The notes beneath the pieces were generated by a model. The model had not been told where the DNA came from and did not search any database. It saw only the letters and a program-made list of their open reading frames with translations. Position numbers and translations under genes: made by a program. 64,000 bases of DNA from a bacterium (GTDB lineage: Bacteria > Hinthialibacterota > Hinthialibacteria > Hinthialibacterales > Hinthialibacteraceae), in contig CAXXMV010000002.1 in the NCBI GenBank assembly GCA_963662285.2, positions 96,001-160,000 on the forward strand, written 5' to 3'. This document shows positions 29,930 through 40,955 of this stretch, one piece after another. The stretch's first letter is position 1, and every line of letters begins with the position of its first letter.

Positions 29930-31474
29930 TTGAAATTTTGTCGATATATATTGTATACAGCGATATATTACAGGGAAAAGTGCGCCCGGATTTCAAATGC
30001 GTATGCTCGGATTATGTTATTTAATAAGAAAATAAACAAAATTGTTTACGCCATATTTCTGTTGGCTGCGGGAATCGCAACCACCGGTTTTGCACTGTCT
30101 CCCAAAACATGGATTCAGGATATATCAAAGTTCTGGTCTCGCACCACGCCGAGCGTCGAAAATGTAACTTTTTGGGATTTTGAAAAAGAGGAAATGCGGG
30201 GTCTGCGCACATTTTTTTACACTATCCCTAAAGAACGGGTAAACCGTATGGTTGATCTGCGCCTGCATAATAAAATGGCGCAGTTTCTTTCTTATATCTG
30301 CCGTGATGTTATAACTTTAGACGATATAGAAGACATCTCCTTAAAAAAAATCGCTGAAGAGAAAATGACGCAGATAATCGATGAATGGAAATTAACCGGC
30401 CAGATTAACCCCAATACTCTTTTTTCTTCTCCTTATGGAAAAGAGGATCCAAGACCATTTATTGATATTGATATTTTAGTTCTTATCGAACGCATTCATT
30501 ACGATCAAGTCTGGCGGGGAGACAACAAACGCCTGGTCGTCGGCATCAGCGCCGTAGCTTTTGAGATGGACTTCGGAACCCCGGTTTATCAAGACAGAGT
30601 AATGGTTGAATCTCCCTGGTTTGGAGAAACAGGAAACTATGACAAAGCCGAACACGCCGCATTACTGCAAGTAGCCGATGCCATGGGGCAGCAGTTACAG
30701 ATTTTAGCTTCGAAGATTAATAGCACGCATGACGAACTGGAGCGGCAAAAAATCGCCGCCCAAAAAGAACAACAGGCTCTGTTTCTCGCTCAAGTTAAAG
30801 AAGAGGCTCTTTCTATTGAACAACTGGTTGAAAAAGCCGAAGAACTTGTCTCACAGGGAGAAGGACCAGAATCCATATTGCAGTCATTGCAAACCAATGC
30901 CAATGAGATTAAACCTTTACTAAAGAAAAAAACCAAACAAGAAGCCTTGTTCCCTTCATCAAAAAAGAAAACCCTTAAAACTGAGCCTAAAGTATCTAAA
31001 AATCTCTCCCCGGAGGATTTAGAAAACCGCAGGTTACTATCTCAATCCTTACAGGATAATCTACAAGCATTAGACGACTGGAAAACAGCAGAGGCGGAAA
31101 GAATTAAACAAGCAGCAATTGCAGCGCAACCATCATTAAAACAAGAGGGCGTAAATATTCCAGGTAAACCACAAGACGCCCAATCACTGGCTCAGAACGC
31201 TATACCTAGTGATCAATTAATCGGCCTCCCCAAAATCGATTATCCCAAAGGTAATTTATTTGACCGGGGCTGGCTGCTTCCATCACAACGCGCTCTGAAA
31301 CCCGGCTCTGTACCCATAATTCCAAACTCCATGACGATTGACCGCCCCGATATAGAGTCAACTGCCATACCACAAAACATCCCGGACTCATTCAAAAAAC
31401 TGCAAACGGGAAAGATGCCTCCTTTACCTACATCGGCTGACATCAAATCGTCCACTTCAGCAAATGCAAACTGA
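29930..31474 (+). CDS. Exported hypothetical protein: CsgG/TolB-N-like domain, coiled coil, Pro-rich tail (real start likely MLFNKK at about 30014)
   Basis: Signal-like segment, alpha/beta domain ending VGISAVAFEMDFGTPVY, long E/Q/K helix. Confidence 0.6.
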   Translation: MKFCRYILYTAIYYREKCARISNAYARIMLFNKKINKIVYAIFLLAAGIATTGFALSPKTWIQDISKFWSRTTPSVENVTFWDFEKEEMRGLRTFFYTIPKERVNRMVDLRLHNKMAQFLSYICRDVITLDDIEDISLKKIAEEKMTQIIDEWKLTGQINPNTLFSSPYGKEDPRPFIDIDILVLIERIHYDQVWRGDNKRLVVGISAVAFEMDFGTPVYQDRVMVESPWFGETGNYDKAEHAALLQVADAMGQQLQILASKINSTHDELERQKIAAQKEQQALFLAQVKEEALSIEQLVEKAEELVSQGEGPESILQSLQTNANEIKPLLKKKTKQEALFPSSKKKTLKTEPKVSKNLSPEDLENRRLLSQSLQDNLQALDDWKTAEAERIKQAAIAAQPSLKQEGVNIPGKPQDAQSLAQNAIPSDQLIGLPKIDYPKGNLFDRGWLLPSQRALKPGSVPIIPNSMTIDRPDIESTAIPQNIPDSFKKLQTGKMPPLPTSADIKSSTSANAN

Positions 31475-31609
31475 ACTACGATAAAAAGTCCTTAAACATA
31501 GCTTAGCCAACGGTGTAAATTCCCTTACAACTCAAACTGCGGTAGAATACATTATCCAGCGTTTTAACAAACGCAAAAAAAAACTAACTTCAACTTTGCA
31601 GGTTTTTTA

Positions 31610-33523
31610 ATGCCTATAATTAATATGTACAAATCCACTCCCGGTTCATGTCTGTTATTAGCGATAATTGCATTTCTGGTTTACGCGCCGTCGCTGGGTG
31701 GAGAGTTTGTTTATGACGACAAAGCCATAACCGTCGAAGATAACCCCGCGCTTACCGGAGAAGCATCCATCCTGGAGGTTCTAGCCTGGGACAGGCCATT
31801 GCGTGAATTCACCTACATACTGGATCATGCGATATGGGGATTCAATCCGGTTGGCTACCATCTACAAAACATTGTGTGGCATTGCGCCAACACCATATTG
31901 ATCTTCTTGTTATTAATCCAAATCGGCATTAATCGACAGCAATCATTCTGGTGCGCCCTGATATTTTCCATACATCCCATAACCACCGAGTCAGTGGCAT
32001 GGATATCAGGCCGTAAAGAATTATTGTGTCTCTTTTTCGAACTCGGCGCCTGCTTATTATTTGTACGGACTTTAGCTAACCCAAAAACCTCACCCTGGGT
32101 ATATGTCGGCTCTTTGTGCTGTTGCATCCTGGCGCTTTTATCCAAACAGGTCGCTGTGGCATTACCGCTAATGTTATACGCTGCGGCCTGGCTGCATCAG
32201 CGCTGTCATGACAAACCGCAGGATATCAAACGTACATTTTATTTTCTTATAGCGCCTACATTAATAGTGATCGGTTTCGTCTTATTTAAGTATCCCATCC
32301 TGGATCAACTTAGTTTCTTCCGCGACCAGGGAACCTTCTACGACCCCGCATCGCGCGATGTGGCTTACACGCCTTTTTCCGCCATCTTAACTCCCTTTGC
32401 GACTTTACAGAAATCCGTCTGGCTCTGCCTCTGGCCCATTGATCTAACCGTCGAACATGCTTTTCCACCAATAGAATCCTTAATTGATTACCGATGGATG
32501 CTTGGCGCCATTATTCTTTTGGTTATGACGTTTATGTCATTACGCTTAAAAAGCGCCCGACCGGAATTATTGTATAGCTGCATCTGGTTTCTGGTCGCCT
32601 GGGCGCCGGTATCAGGCGCAGCGCCAATCGCGTATCTTGTAGCTGACCGGTATTTGTATATCCCATGCATTGGATACTGCATTATTACAGTCACATACAT
32701 TTACCCGCTACTTCAAAAAAAACTCTTTAAATTCCCTGCACTCTCCACCAGTCTCGTAATAATTTTCTGCATATTTTTTTCCACGCGTACTATTGTTAGA
32801 ACCCTGGATTGGCGCGACGAAATCACCTTGTGGAAATCAGCCATACAAGCCCGTCCCGACTACGCCCAGGTACATGCCAGCTTGGGAAATTCCTACGCTG
32901 ACATAGGAGAAATTGACAACGCCTTCAAATCATGGAATACAGCGCTGGAGATTGATGACAATCTCCCCCGTGTATGGATCAATATGGGAAACCAGGAAAA
33001 AAGACGCGGCCAGATAGAAGAGGCGGAACGCTGCTTTCGCAAAGCGCTCGAATTAGCCCCGAACTATGGCGTGGCGCATTATAATTTGGCGCTCCTACTG
33101 GAACAACAGAATAAACCAGATGAGGCATTACAGCATTTCAAGATTGCTGCCAAACATATTTACCACCGCCGTAATACCAAGCGCAGAAAAGGATTAGCTA
33201 ATTATCACATCGCACGGCTTTTGTTCGCCAAGGGAGATAACCAAACCGCCCTGTTTTATCTTAACCACGCCGAAAATCTGGCGCCGCTCCATGCGCCGCT
33301 TTACATTCTAAAGGGTATGCTTTACCAGCATAATCCAGCTATCGCACAGCGGGCTTTTGAAACAGCGATTACATTGGATCCAAAAGCGCCTGAAGGATAC
33401 TACAACCTTGGCGTATTGTTCTGGAGTCAGGGAAACCATGCAGAAGCAGAAAAATCATGGCAAAAAGCTATCCAGCTAAATCCTGAATTATTAAGTAATA
33501 TTGAAGGTATTAAAAAATCCTGA
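31610..33523 (+). CDS. TMTC-like (GT105-type) protein O-mannosyltransferase with TPRs
   Basis: FVYDD, RPL, GYHLQN, HPITTESVAWISGRKELL, ADRYLYIP, W.DEITLW, multiple TPRs. Confidence 0.88.
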   Translation: MPIINMYKSTPGSCLLLAIIAFLVYAPSLGGEFVYDDKAITVEDNPALTGEASILEVLAWDRPLREFTYILDHAIWGFNPVGYHLQNIVWHCANTILIFLLLIQIGINRQQSFWCALIFSIHPITTESVAWISGRKELLCLFFELGACLLFVRTLANPKTSPWVYVGSLCCCILALLSKQVAVALPLMLYAAAWLHQRCHDKPQDIKRTFYFLIAPTLIVIGFVLFKYPILDQLSFFRDQGTFYDPASRDVAYTPFSAILTPFATLQKSVWLCLWPIDLTVEHAFPPIESLIDYRWMLGAIILLVMTFMSLRLKSARPELLYSCIWFLVAWAPVSGAAPIAYLVADRYLYIPCIGYCIITVTYIYPLLQKKLFKFPALSTSLVIIFCIFFSTRTIVRTLDWRDEITLWKSAIQARPDYAQVHASLGNSYADIGEIDNAFKSWNTALEIDDNLPRVWINMGNQEKRRGQIEEAERCFRKALELAPNYGVAHYNLALLLEQQNKPDEALQHFKIAAKHIYHRRNTKRRKGLANYHIARLLFAKGDNQTALFYLNHAENLAPLHAPLYILKGMLYQHNPAIAQRAFETAITLDPKAPEGYYNLGVLFWSQGNHAEAEKSWQKAIQLNPELLSNIEGIKKS

Positions 33524-33737
33524 TTATTTCGGAAAAAAATGAAATCAAAACCTCATTTTCATGATATATACAGTTAGATGCTTTTTATATAGCTTTTACC
33601 CAAGTTAATACCACTACCAGTGGTAGTTTTATTTGGAAAAACAACTAGTAGTACGACCAAATCATTATGTCGGACAACCAAATCTCCTTTCCCCACGGGA
33701 GAGGGCTAGGGTGAGGAGTAATTGCAGAACACCTTAA

Positions 33738-33763
33738 GTAGGGCGCGCCCCTCGTGGGCGCCC
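33738..33763 (+). repeat. GTAG-type REP family B (also 42972-42997, 47872-47896, inverted 57640-57664)
   Basis: GTAGGGCGCGCCCCT(C/T)GTGGGCGCCC hairpin with GTAG foot, intergenic. Confidence 0.85.
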
Positions 33764-33849
33764 GGCAAAATGAACGTTAATATGTAAAGCTCAAAAAAAG
33801 GCATCCATTTTGTAACACATTAACAGTAGCTCACCCCAGGAGGGTAAAG

Positions 33850-36800
33850 ATGTTAGAAGCGCGAAAAATAACATTATTTTTTTCTATTGCATTACTGGTT
33901 ATCTGCAACGTAAATGCAGACCCTATCCAAAAGATAGACTTTTCAAAAGCTGCTTTTGATCATGAAGCCTTTTTCTCTATCCCGGTAACAGGTTATGAAT
34001 CCCCGGATTCTTCAGCTGGCGTTTTCACTACTGGCGACTCTTATGAAGAAGGCTACCGCATCGATCTTAATCCGGGAGAAGCCATTCTCCTCGCCAGCAA
34101 GAATCCTGTTCAGACGAAGGGTAATCCAATTGTTATTTCTTTGGATTACAGCATTTTGGATTCAACTACTGACCAACCCCAGGTTGCGGTTGTCGGTCTG
34201 AATGCTCCCGGTGGAGCGCCTGACGGGCAATTGGGATATTTTTATTCTTCAAAAGCGCAAACTGAGGCATCTAAAAATCTATTGCACTTGGTTTATACGC
34301 CGCCATCCGGATCATTTCTGCCAGCGGTTCAGGTCTCTTTAGACAAAGAAGCCGAAGCCTCATGCACCATTGCGGTTTATTCACTAGCCGTTTATCCATT
34401 TGTTCCGCAAAATTTACAAGAGACAACCAGCTATGATTTCGCCCATCCCATTGATCCTCTGGTATCAAATGTGAATGGCGACGCTGGTATTGTTCTGCAA
34501 GACAGCGATAAAGAAGCCTTGGTTCTATCTACAGCAGGAAACGGGGAAGCAGCCAATATTCAATTAGACGCCACTAACGGCGACCTGACCGAAAAGATTG
34601 TTACGGTCTCTTTCGACGTTGCCCGTAACGCAGGACAAGATGGATACACCGCAGCTGTTTTAATACATGCCATGCAGACTATGGGCTTGTTCGTTAAAAA
34701 CAGCGCCCTTCCCGAAGAACAACAAGCAGCTAATTTGCTAATGGGCGCCAATTTAACCAAGTACCGCTCTCCCACCTATCTCTACCTGCAAAATGGCGGG
34801 GGACAAACCGGTTCTGAAACAATCATCGATAATGTAAAAGTTTACTCTTATTCAATGGACTCTATCCAGGGATTACCCATTGTCGAAACCAGCGATTTGC
34901 TGCCGCGCACTCTGGCCGCAGCAGTCGTCATGCCCAAAACGCTCTTCAGCGGAAGTAAAAGTTCAATCTCCATAACCAGCTTAAACAGTGATAACCAATC
35001 TCCGGTGATTCTTCCCTTCTCTGTTTCTCTTAAAAATGACGGTCAGGAGATTCAACTGGCCAAGGGAAGCACCAACAGCCGGGGTTTTGCTTCCAAGACT
35101 TTTTCTGTACCCCAGATTAATGTCGGCGCCTGGAATGTTGAAGTAAAAAGCGGCCAGAATGTTATTCTCAAAGGTCAAGCAGCAGTAAAAGATACCGGCG
35201 TGCTGATCATTAATACAGACAAACCGATCTATAAACCGGGACAAAAAATCCAAGGCCGCGTTCTTCTTATGAATAACGCTCTGCAACCTCTGCCAGGCGA
35301 GATTGTTCTATCTATAGCCGACGCCAAGGGAATAAAAATTCACAAAGAGACTCTCACCGCCAACCAATACGGCGTTGGCTCTTTTGAACTTCCCCTGGCC
35401 ACCGAACTGAATTTTGGAACTTGGAAAATATCAGCCACATCCGGCAGCGAATCAAAATCAGAATTGGATGTCGAAGTCGATAAATACGTCCTTCCCGCTT
35501 TTGAGGTCAATGTGAATTTAGAGAAGGACTGGTTCCTGGTTGACGAACATATCACAGGAACAGTCGATAGCAAATATTTCTTCGGCAAAACCGTTAAAGG
35601 CAAAGTTCATATCTCTGCACTGCGTTACGTCTCTACCTGGGAAGAATACGCCACGCTTGATGGAACCCTCGAAGACGGCATCTATGCCTTCGATCTTCCA
35701 GCCGTGGAATACATCGCCGGAACCCAAAGCGCCGAAGGCGCCGGAACGGTTCAAATTAAAGTGACCGTCACCGATGATACCGGCAAAGAAGAATCAACCG
35801 ATTTCATCGCCTCTATCGTCGATGCTGGCGTAATGCTCAAAATAATTCCTGAATCTCCCGTGGTTAAACCGGGATTAAACCAGCAAATCATTATTATCTC
35901 AGAAACCCCCGGCGGGGCGCCTCTTTCTTTATCCACTCAAATTGAAATTAATTTCATGAATGAATCTGGTGATGATATTTCAACCATTAAGGATACCGTC
36001 GAAACCATTAACGGCATGGCGCTTTACAGCTATGACGCACCAGCGAAAACCCAAATTGTTGTCATTACATCTATCGCCACGGTGGATGGCAATAAAAAAG
36101 AAGAGACCATGCTGCAGTACGCCGCTTACTCGCCTGGCGCCAATTATATCCATCTGCGCCAAAAAACGGATGGCGTGTTAAAAGCAGGCGACCAGGCTGT
36201 CTTCGAGCTATTGTCAACCAACCCGGGTACGCTCTTCTACGATGTCTATGGAGATGGCAGGACGCTCTTCTCCAACGCAACTGAAACCAACGAAATTCGT
36301 TTCACCGTAACACCCGACATGAGTCCGAAAGCCAAAGTCGTGGCCTACATGATTCAACCCAACAATGAAATATCGGCTGACGTCCTGCCCTTTGACGTAG
36401 AACTGGCGCCATCCGCATCTTTAGATGTGGCCTTCGACGCAGAAGAAGTAGAACCGGGCGACGCAGTTGGTTTGAACATTACCAGCGATGGTCAAGCCAT
36501 GGTCGGCGTCTCTATAGTAGATGAATCAGTCTTTGCTTTAGTCAAAGGCCGCTTGAATCTAAAAAATGTTTTCGCCGAACTCGAACGCATTTTCATGGAG
36601 CCGCAAGCGGAAGTTCATGCCAATCCCGACGCGCCTTGGATGGATAGCCCCGTCACCGGCGGCAAAGGCGCTGATGATATCTTTCAGGAAAATAACCTCC
36701 AGATATTAACAACCACAGAACTGAATGCGCCCAAAGCCAAAAAATTGGATCCTTGGCTGTTATGGAACAATCAAAGACTGCAAAAGAATATGCCTTTTCC

Positions 36801-38982
36801 TATGCCTGTTTTTGATGACAATTTAGAGGCCGTCGCAGGAGGCGCCGAAGATGATGCTTATCAAGAACCGGATCGCGTACGAACCTTCTTCCCCGAAACC
36901 TGGTTATGGCTTCCAGAATTATTAACCGATGAAAACGGCCTGGCCTCATTAGACCTCACCGCGCCGGATAACATCACCACCTGGAAACTCCAAGCCGTTT
37001 CCACCAACAACAATGGCCTAGGTATTGCAAGCGGTTCATTAAGGGTCTTCCAGGATTTCTTCGCCGAACCAGACCTGCCCTACTCAGTTATTCGCGGAGA
37101 TGAATTTCCACTGCGCGTCCGTATCTTTAATTACGTCGATGAAGAACAAACCATCCGCGTAACTCTCGAAAACCCCGAAACGCTCGGCTTCGATGGAGAA
37201 GCAGTTCAGAATGTGGTTATCCCCGGACAGAGCGCCGGATCGGTCAGTTTTACCCTCAAACCAACCAAAGTCGGCGTATTCCCGGTTTCGCTGATCGCTC
37301 AATCAACCAAACGCGCCGACGCCATTCGCAAGGATCTTCTTGTCGAACCGGAAGGCATGAGACGCGAACAAGTGCATAACGGAACCTTGAAAGATGCGAC
37401 GGAAAGAATAATCCCCTTGTCCTTCCCTGATATTATTTTCGAGGAAAAACCAGTTGATGGCGACAGTACATTGCCTCCGATTGAACCGCCATTATTTGAA
37501 ATTGTTCCGGATTCTGAAACCCTGCGCGTAGCCATCACGCCAAGCCTGATCGGACAATCCATTGACGGACTCGACGACCTGCTGGGTATGCCCTATGGCT
37601 GCGGCGAGCAGAACATGATCTTCCTGGCGCCGGATATCGAAGTCCTACGCTACCTAAAAGCCACCGCCCAATTAGCGCCCGAAATCAGAGCCAAGGTAGA
37701 GACTTTCATAACCACTGGTTATCAGAGAGAACTAACCTATCGCCGCGACGATGGTTCCTTCTCCGCCTTCGGCCAGCAGGATGATGAAGGCAGCCTCTGG
37801 TTAACTTCATTCGTCCTTTCCACTTTCAGCAATGCCCGTGAAGTAAGACACATCGACGAAACAGTTCTATCCAGCGCCGCTGATTGGATCACCAGCCATC
37901 AAAACGCCGATGGCTCCTGGGATCCAGTAGGCTTCGTAATTCATAGCGAATTGGTTGGCGGTATGGAAGGGAATCTTGCTCTCAGCGCTTATGTAACCAT
38001 TGCGCTACTCGAGTATGGCCAGGCAGATTCAACAGCTATGCAAAAAGCCATCGCGTATCTGGAAAGTAATATCACCAATGAAAAAGCCGATTCCTATGTA
38101 CTATCCCAAATCGCCTACGCCCTGACCAAAGCGGATAGCCCGCAAGCTGGCGCCGCAATTGATCAGTTACTGGATTCAGCCATAGTAGACGGCAACGGTA
38201 TGCACTGGGAACCTCATTCCTTAGAGTCCACTGGTTATGCAACCCTATCTCTGATACTGCAAAATCCCATTCAGGCGCAATCCGCCCTGCAATGGATCGC
38301 GTCCCAACGCAATGGCTTGGGAGGATACGGCAGCACCCAGGATACAGTGGTCGCTTTCAAAGCCATGACCGCAGCCGCCTCAGAACAAAGCCGTGATTTG
38401 AACGCCCAAATCGATGTTATCGTAAACGGCGAAACCGTTCATGCTTTCACCGTCAATAAAGAAAACTTCGATGTTCTTCAGTCATTAGAGTTGCCTCCTG
38501 CTGAAGAAATAACGTTAAAAATGACCGGAACCGGAACCGTCATGTATCAAGCAGTTCACGGCTATAACATCCCGGCGCAATCAGAACCAATCGGCAACGA
38601 TATGATCTTGAAAGTTACTTATTCTTCTGAACATGTCGCAGTGGATGATATCGTCGATGTAAACGTCACGGTGGATTACATGGGATTTCAAAAGGAAACC
38701 GGCATGGCCATCGTCGATGTATCCATCCCCACCGGATTCGGCATAGTCCAGGACTCCATTGAAAAAGTCAAGTCGATGGAAATAATCAAACGAGTCGAAC
38801 AAGCTGGCCGTAAGATGATCTTCTACATCGATCATTTCACCAGCGGAGAAACATTGGAATTTTCCTTCCAGGTCAACGCCCTGTTCCCCGTTAAAGCAGA
38901 TGGTGGAATCCATTCCGCCTATCTGTATTACAACGCGGAAAAACGCGCCGAGACCGGAGGAACCAAAATCCAGGTTGATTAA
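33850..38982 (+). CDS. Secreted alpha-2-macroglobulin/thioester-containing protein of metazoan CD109/TEP type
   Basis: TDKPIYKPGQ, YVLPAFEV, RTFFPETWLW, PDNITTW, LPYSVIRG, MPYGCGEQNM, GYQRELTYRRDDGSFSAFG, VIHSEL, STQDTVVA, MAIVDVSIPTGF. Confidence 0.93.
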   Translation: MLEARKITLFFSIALLVICNVNADPIQKIDFSKAAFDHEAFFSIPVTGYESPDSSAGVFTTGDSYEEGYRIDLNPGEAILLASKNPVQTKGNPIVISLDYSILDSTTDQPQVAVVGLNAPGGAPDGQLGYFYSSKAQTEASKNLLHLVYTPPSGSFLPAVQVSLDKEAEASCTIAVYSLAVYPFVPQNLQETTSYDFAHPIDPLVSNVNGDAGIVLQDSDKEALVLSTAGNGEAANIQLDATNGDLTEKIVTVSFDVARNAGQDGYTAAVLIHAMQTMGLFVKNSALPEEQQAANLLMGANLTKYRSPTYLYLQNGGGQTGSETIIDNVKVYSYSMDSIQGLPIVETSDLLPRTLAAAVVMPKTLFSGSKSSISITSLNSDNQSPVILPFSVSLKNDGQEIQLAKGSTNSRGFASKTFSVPQINVGAWNVEVKSGQNVILKGQAAVKDTGVLIINTDKPIYKPGQKIQGRVLLMNNALQPLPGEIVLSIADAKGIKIHKETLTANQYGVGSFELPLATELNFGTWKISATSGSESKSELDVEVDKYVLPAFEVNVNLEKDWFLVDEHITGTVDSKYFFGKTVKGKVHISALRYVSTWEEYATLDGTLEDGIYAFDLPAVEYIAGTQSAEGAGTVQIKVTVTDDTGKEESTDFIASIVDAGVMLKIIPESPVVKPGLNQQIIIISETPGGAPLSLSTQIEINFMNESGDDISTIKDTVETINGMALYSYDAPAKTQIVVITSIATVDGNKKEETMLQYAAYSPGANYIHLRQKTDGVLKAGDQAVFELLSTNPGTLFYDVYGDGRTLFSNATETNEIRFTVTPDMSPKAKVVAYMIQPNNEISADVLPFDVELAPSASLDVAFDAEEVEPGDAVGLNITSDGQAMVGVSIVDESVFALVKGRLNLKNVFAELERIFMEPQAEVHANPDAPWMDSPVTGGKGADDIFQENNLQILTTTELNAPKAKKLDPWLLWNNQRLQKNMPFPMPVFDDNLEAVAGGAEDDAYQEPDRVRTFFPETWLWLPELLTDENGLASLDLTAPDNITTWKLQAVSTNNNGLGIASGSLRVFQDFFAEPDLPYSVIRGDEFPLRVRIFNYVDEEQTIRVTLENPETLGFDGEAVQNVVIPGQSAGSVSFTLKPTKVGVFPVSLIAQSTKRADAIRKDLLVEPEGMRREQVHNGTLKDATERIIPLSFPDIIFEEKPVDGDSTLPPIEPPLFEIVPDSETLRVAITPSLIGQSIDGLDDLLGMPYGCGEQNMIFLAPDIEVLRYLKATAQLAPEIRAKVETFITTGYQRELTYRRDDGSFSAFGQQDDEGSLWLTSFVLSTFSNAREVRHIDETVLSSAADWITSHQNADGSWDPVGFVIHSELVGGMEGNLALSAYVTIALLEYGQADSTAMQKAIAYLESNITNEKADSYVLSQIAYALTKADSPQAGAAIDQLLDSAIVDGNGMHWEPHSLESTGYATLSLILQNPIQAQSALQWIASQRNGLGGYGSTQDTVVAFKAMTAAASEQSRDLNAQIDVIVNGETVHAFTVNKENFDVLQSLELPPAEEITLKMTGTGTVMYQAVHGYNIPAQSEPIGNDMILKVTYSSEHVAVDDIVDVNVTVDYMGFQKETGMAIVDVSIPTGFGIVQDSIEKVKSMEIIKRVEQAGRKMIFYIDHFTSGETLEFSFQVNALFPVKADGGIHSAYLYYNAEKRAETGGTKIQVD

Positions 38983-39011
38983 AACTTCAAATTATCAGGG
39001 GTTGAATTGGA

Positions 39012-39043
39012 AACGGGACGCCATTCGGCGTCCCGTTGTTTTT
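39012..39043 (+). terminator. Intrinsic terminator
   Basis: AACGGGACGCC-ATTC-GGCGTCCCGTT then GTTTTT. Confidence 0.85.
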
Positions 39044-39109
39044 ATGGAGTATTTATAGAACCGCTCTAGACCTCAATATCTCCCTATAAATCAGTATAAT
39101 TATTAGGTT

Positions 39110-39757
39110 ATGAAAAAATCCTTACTAAAAATCTATAAAACTCTATTAAAACATTTTGGATATCGCAACTGGTGGCCGGCACGAACCAAGATAGAAATCA
39201 TCATCGGCGCTATACTCGCCCAAAACACAAATTGGAAAAATGTCGAGTTAGCAATTAATAATTTAAGGGATGCGAAGGTTATATCATACAAGGGATTACA
39301 AGAAATTCCGTTGGATCATTTGGCCGAACTGATTCGCCCATCAGGCTATTACAATGTAAAAGCCCAGAAGTTAAAAGCGTTTGTAGAATTTCTATCAGAG
39401 GAATACAGCGGCAGCCTGATGATGATGTTTCGTGAAGAGACCTCAATCCTGCGGGAGAAACTATTAAACGTCAAAGGCATCGGCCCGGAGACCGCCGATT
39501 CCATTCTACTCTACGCCGGACAGCATCTTATCTTTGTATCTGATCTTTATACTTATCGAGTCGTAACGCGCCATAAATTACTGCCGGTAAACGCCGATTA
39601 TCACCAGATACAAAAATTCTTCCAGGATAATATCCCGGAAGATGTGGAACTGTACAACGACTTCCACGCTCAGATAGTCACCGTCGGCGCCAAATACTGC
39701 AATAAAACGCCCAAATGCGAAGAATGCCCGCTGAGAGACATGCTTCCTATTGAGTAA
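39110..39757 (+). CDS. Endonuclease III-related HhH-GPD protein with 4Fe-4S cluster
   Basis: WWP, GAILAQNTNWKNV, IRPSGYY, LLNVKGIGPETADSILLYA, C-x6-C-x2-C. Confidence 0.9.
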   Translation: MKKSLLKIYKTLLKHFGYRNWWPARTKIEIIIGAILAQNTNWKNVELAINNLRDAKVISYKGLQEIPLDHLAELIRPSGYYNVKAQKLKAFVEFLSEEYSGSLMMMFREETSILREKLLNVKGIGPETADSILLYAGQHLIFVSDLYTYRVVTRHKLLPVNADYHQIQKFFQDNIPEDVELYNDFHAQIVTVGAKYCNKTPKCEECPLRDMLPIE

Positions 39758-40955
39758 TCAATATCAAAGTTCCTCGCGATAATCCTTCCTGAACCACAAA
39801 TCCAAATCCTACGGAAGCGTCGCCGGGCAGCATGATGGAATATTTCCATCCGTCTTGAACGCGTTCACCGAGAAGAGTCAGTATCTCTCCGCCAATATAC
39901 GAAAATGCCGTCTCTACCGGAAGTCCGGCATTCACAATAGATGGGGCGTTGGCTAATCGATGCCGCTGCAAAATCCCTTCGCTGACCGGGGACATTTCAG
40001 AATTGGTGAACTGCGCCGGATCACGGTAAAAAACAATTAAATTAGTTTTCCCCGACTGGACTATATCGTCATTGCGCACGATAAAATCAATGGACTGAAA
40101 TCCCGAAGCATCCGTTTTGCGCTCAATAACAATGGGCATTCCACTGTCTGCGTTACTGGTGGATCGCATCGCCGGTCGATAAATTTTTTCATCGGTCAAT
40201 GGCAGAAGATAACTTTTACTGCACCATCCCGCAACAGAATCGTTGAGAAGAACAAACCACCAATCGCCGTATTCTTTTAACTTGACCACAACATCTCCGC
40301 GACGCAGTCTCGCCAGAGAACGGGTAAGTTCATCAGCGCCCTCACGGATATGAACACGGTCGCCAGTAACCAGGCAAGGCAGATTTTCCAACGCACGGAT
40401 TTGACCAGGATGTACCCAGCCTTCAACGCCATTAATCGTTTTTGCGTGCAGCCAATTATCCCGTAACTCTATCTCCAGTAAAATACTCTGACCTGATAGC
40501 GATTCAATTATATCGTAATCCAAACTTGGACCCTTGCGAAATCTAACTCCTTGTCCGATCACTTGATATGTTTTTCCTTGTGGTAATATTACAGGAAGCA
40601 ACGGTTGAGGAGTCGAATCGCGAATTAACTCTGAATTTATTGTTCCCTGATTTGGCGTCCATGGAATTATTTGAGATGGGATGATTTCTGAACCGGTAGA
40701 GGATTGGATAGTTTCGGGAAAAGAGGGTGTAGTAAAATCATCTACAGGAGTTTCTTTACGGATAATCTTTATAACATCCGAGCGTTGTACGATTAAAGAT
40801 ACCCCATTCACATTTATTACGATGGCTTCATCGGTCTCTGAAGTAATGTTTCCTATTATTTGATCTCCGCTCTGCAATAATAACGTATCCGCGCAGGTCA
40901 TTAGAGGAAGAGAAATAGTCAGAATTAAAAAGAAAAGAAAAGATGCAAACTTCAT
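39747..40955 (-). CDS. Exported protein with two bacterial SH3 domains
   Basis: Signal peptide, VRFRKGPSLDYDII...W....EGWV and VHIREGA...GDWW....AGW repeats. Confidence 0.8.
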   Translation of the reverse strand: MKFASFLFFLILTISLPLMTCADTLLLQSGDQIIGNITSETDEAIVINVNGVSLIVQRSDVIKIIRKETPVDDFTTPSFPETIQSSTGSEIIPSQIIPWTPNQGTINSELIRDSTPQPLLPVILPQGKTYQVIGQGVRFRKGPSLDYDIIESLSGQSILLEIELRDNWLHAKTINGVEGWVHPGQIRALENLPCLVTGDRVHIREGADELTRSLARLRRGDVVVKLKEYGDWWFVLLNDSVAGWCSKSYLLPLTDEKIYRPAMRSTSNADSGMPIVIERKTDASGFQSIDFIVRNDDIVQSGKTNLIVFYRDPAQFTNSEMSPVSEGILQRHRLANAPSIVNAGLPVETAFSYIGGEILTLLGERVQDGWKYSIMLPGDASVGFGFVVQEGLSRGTLILITQ

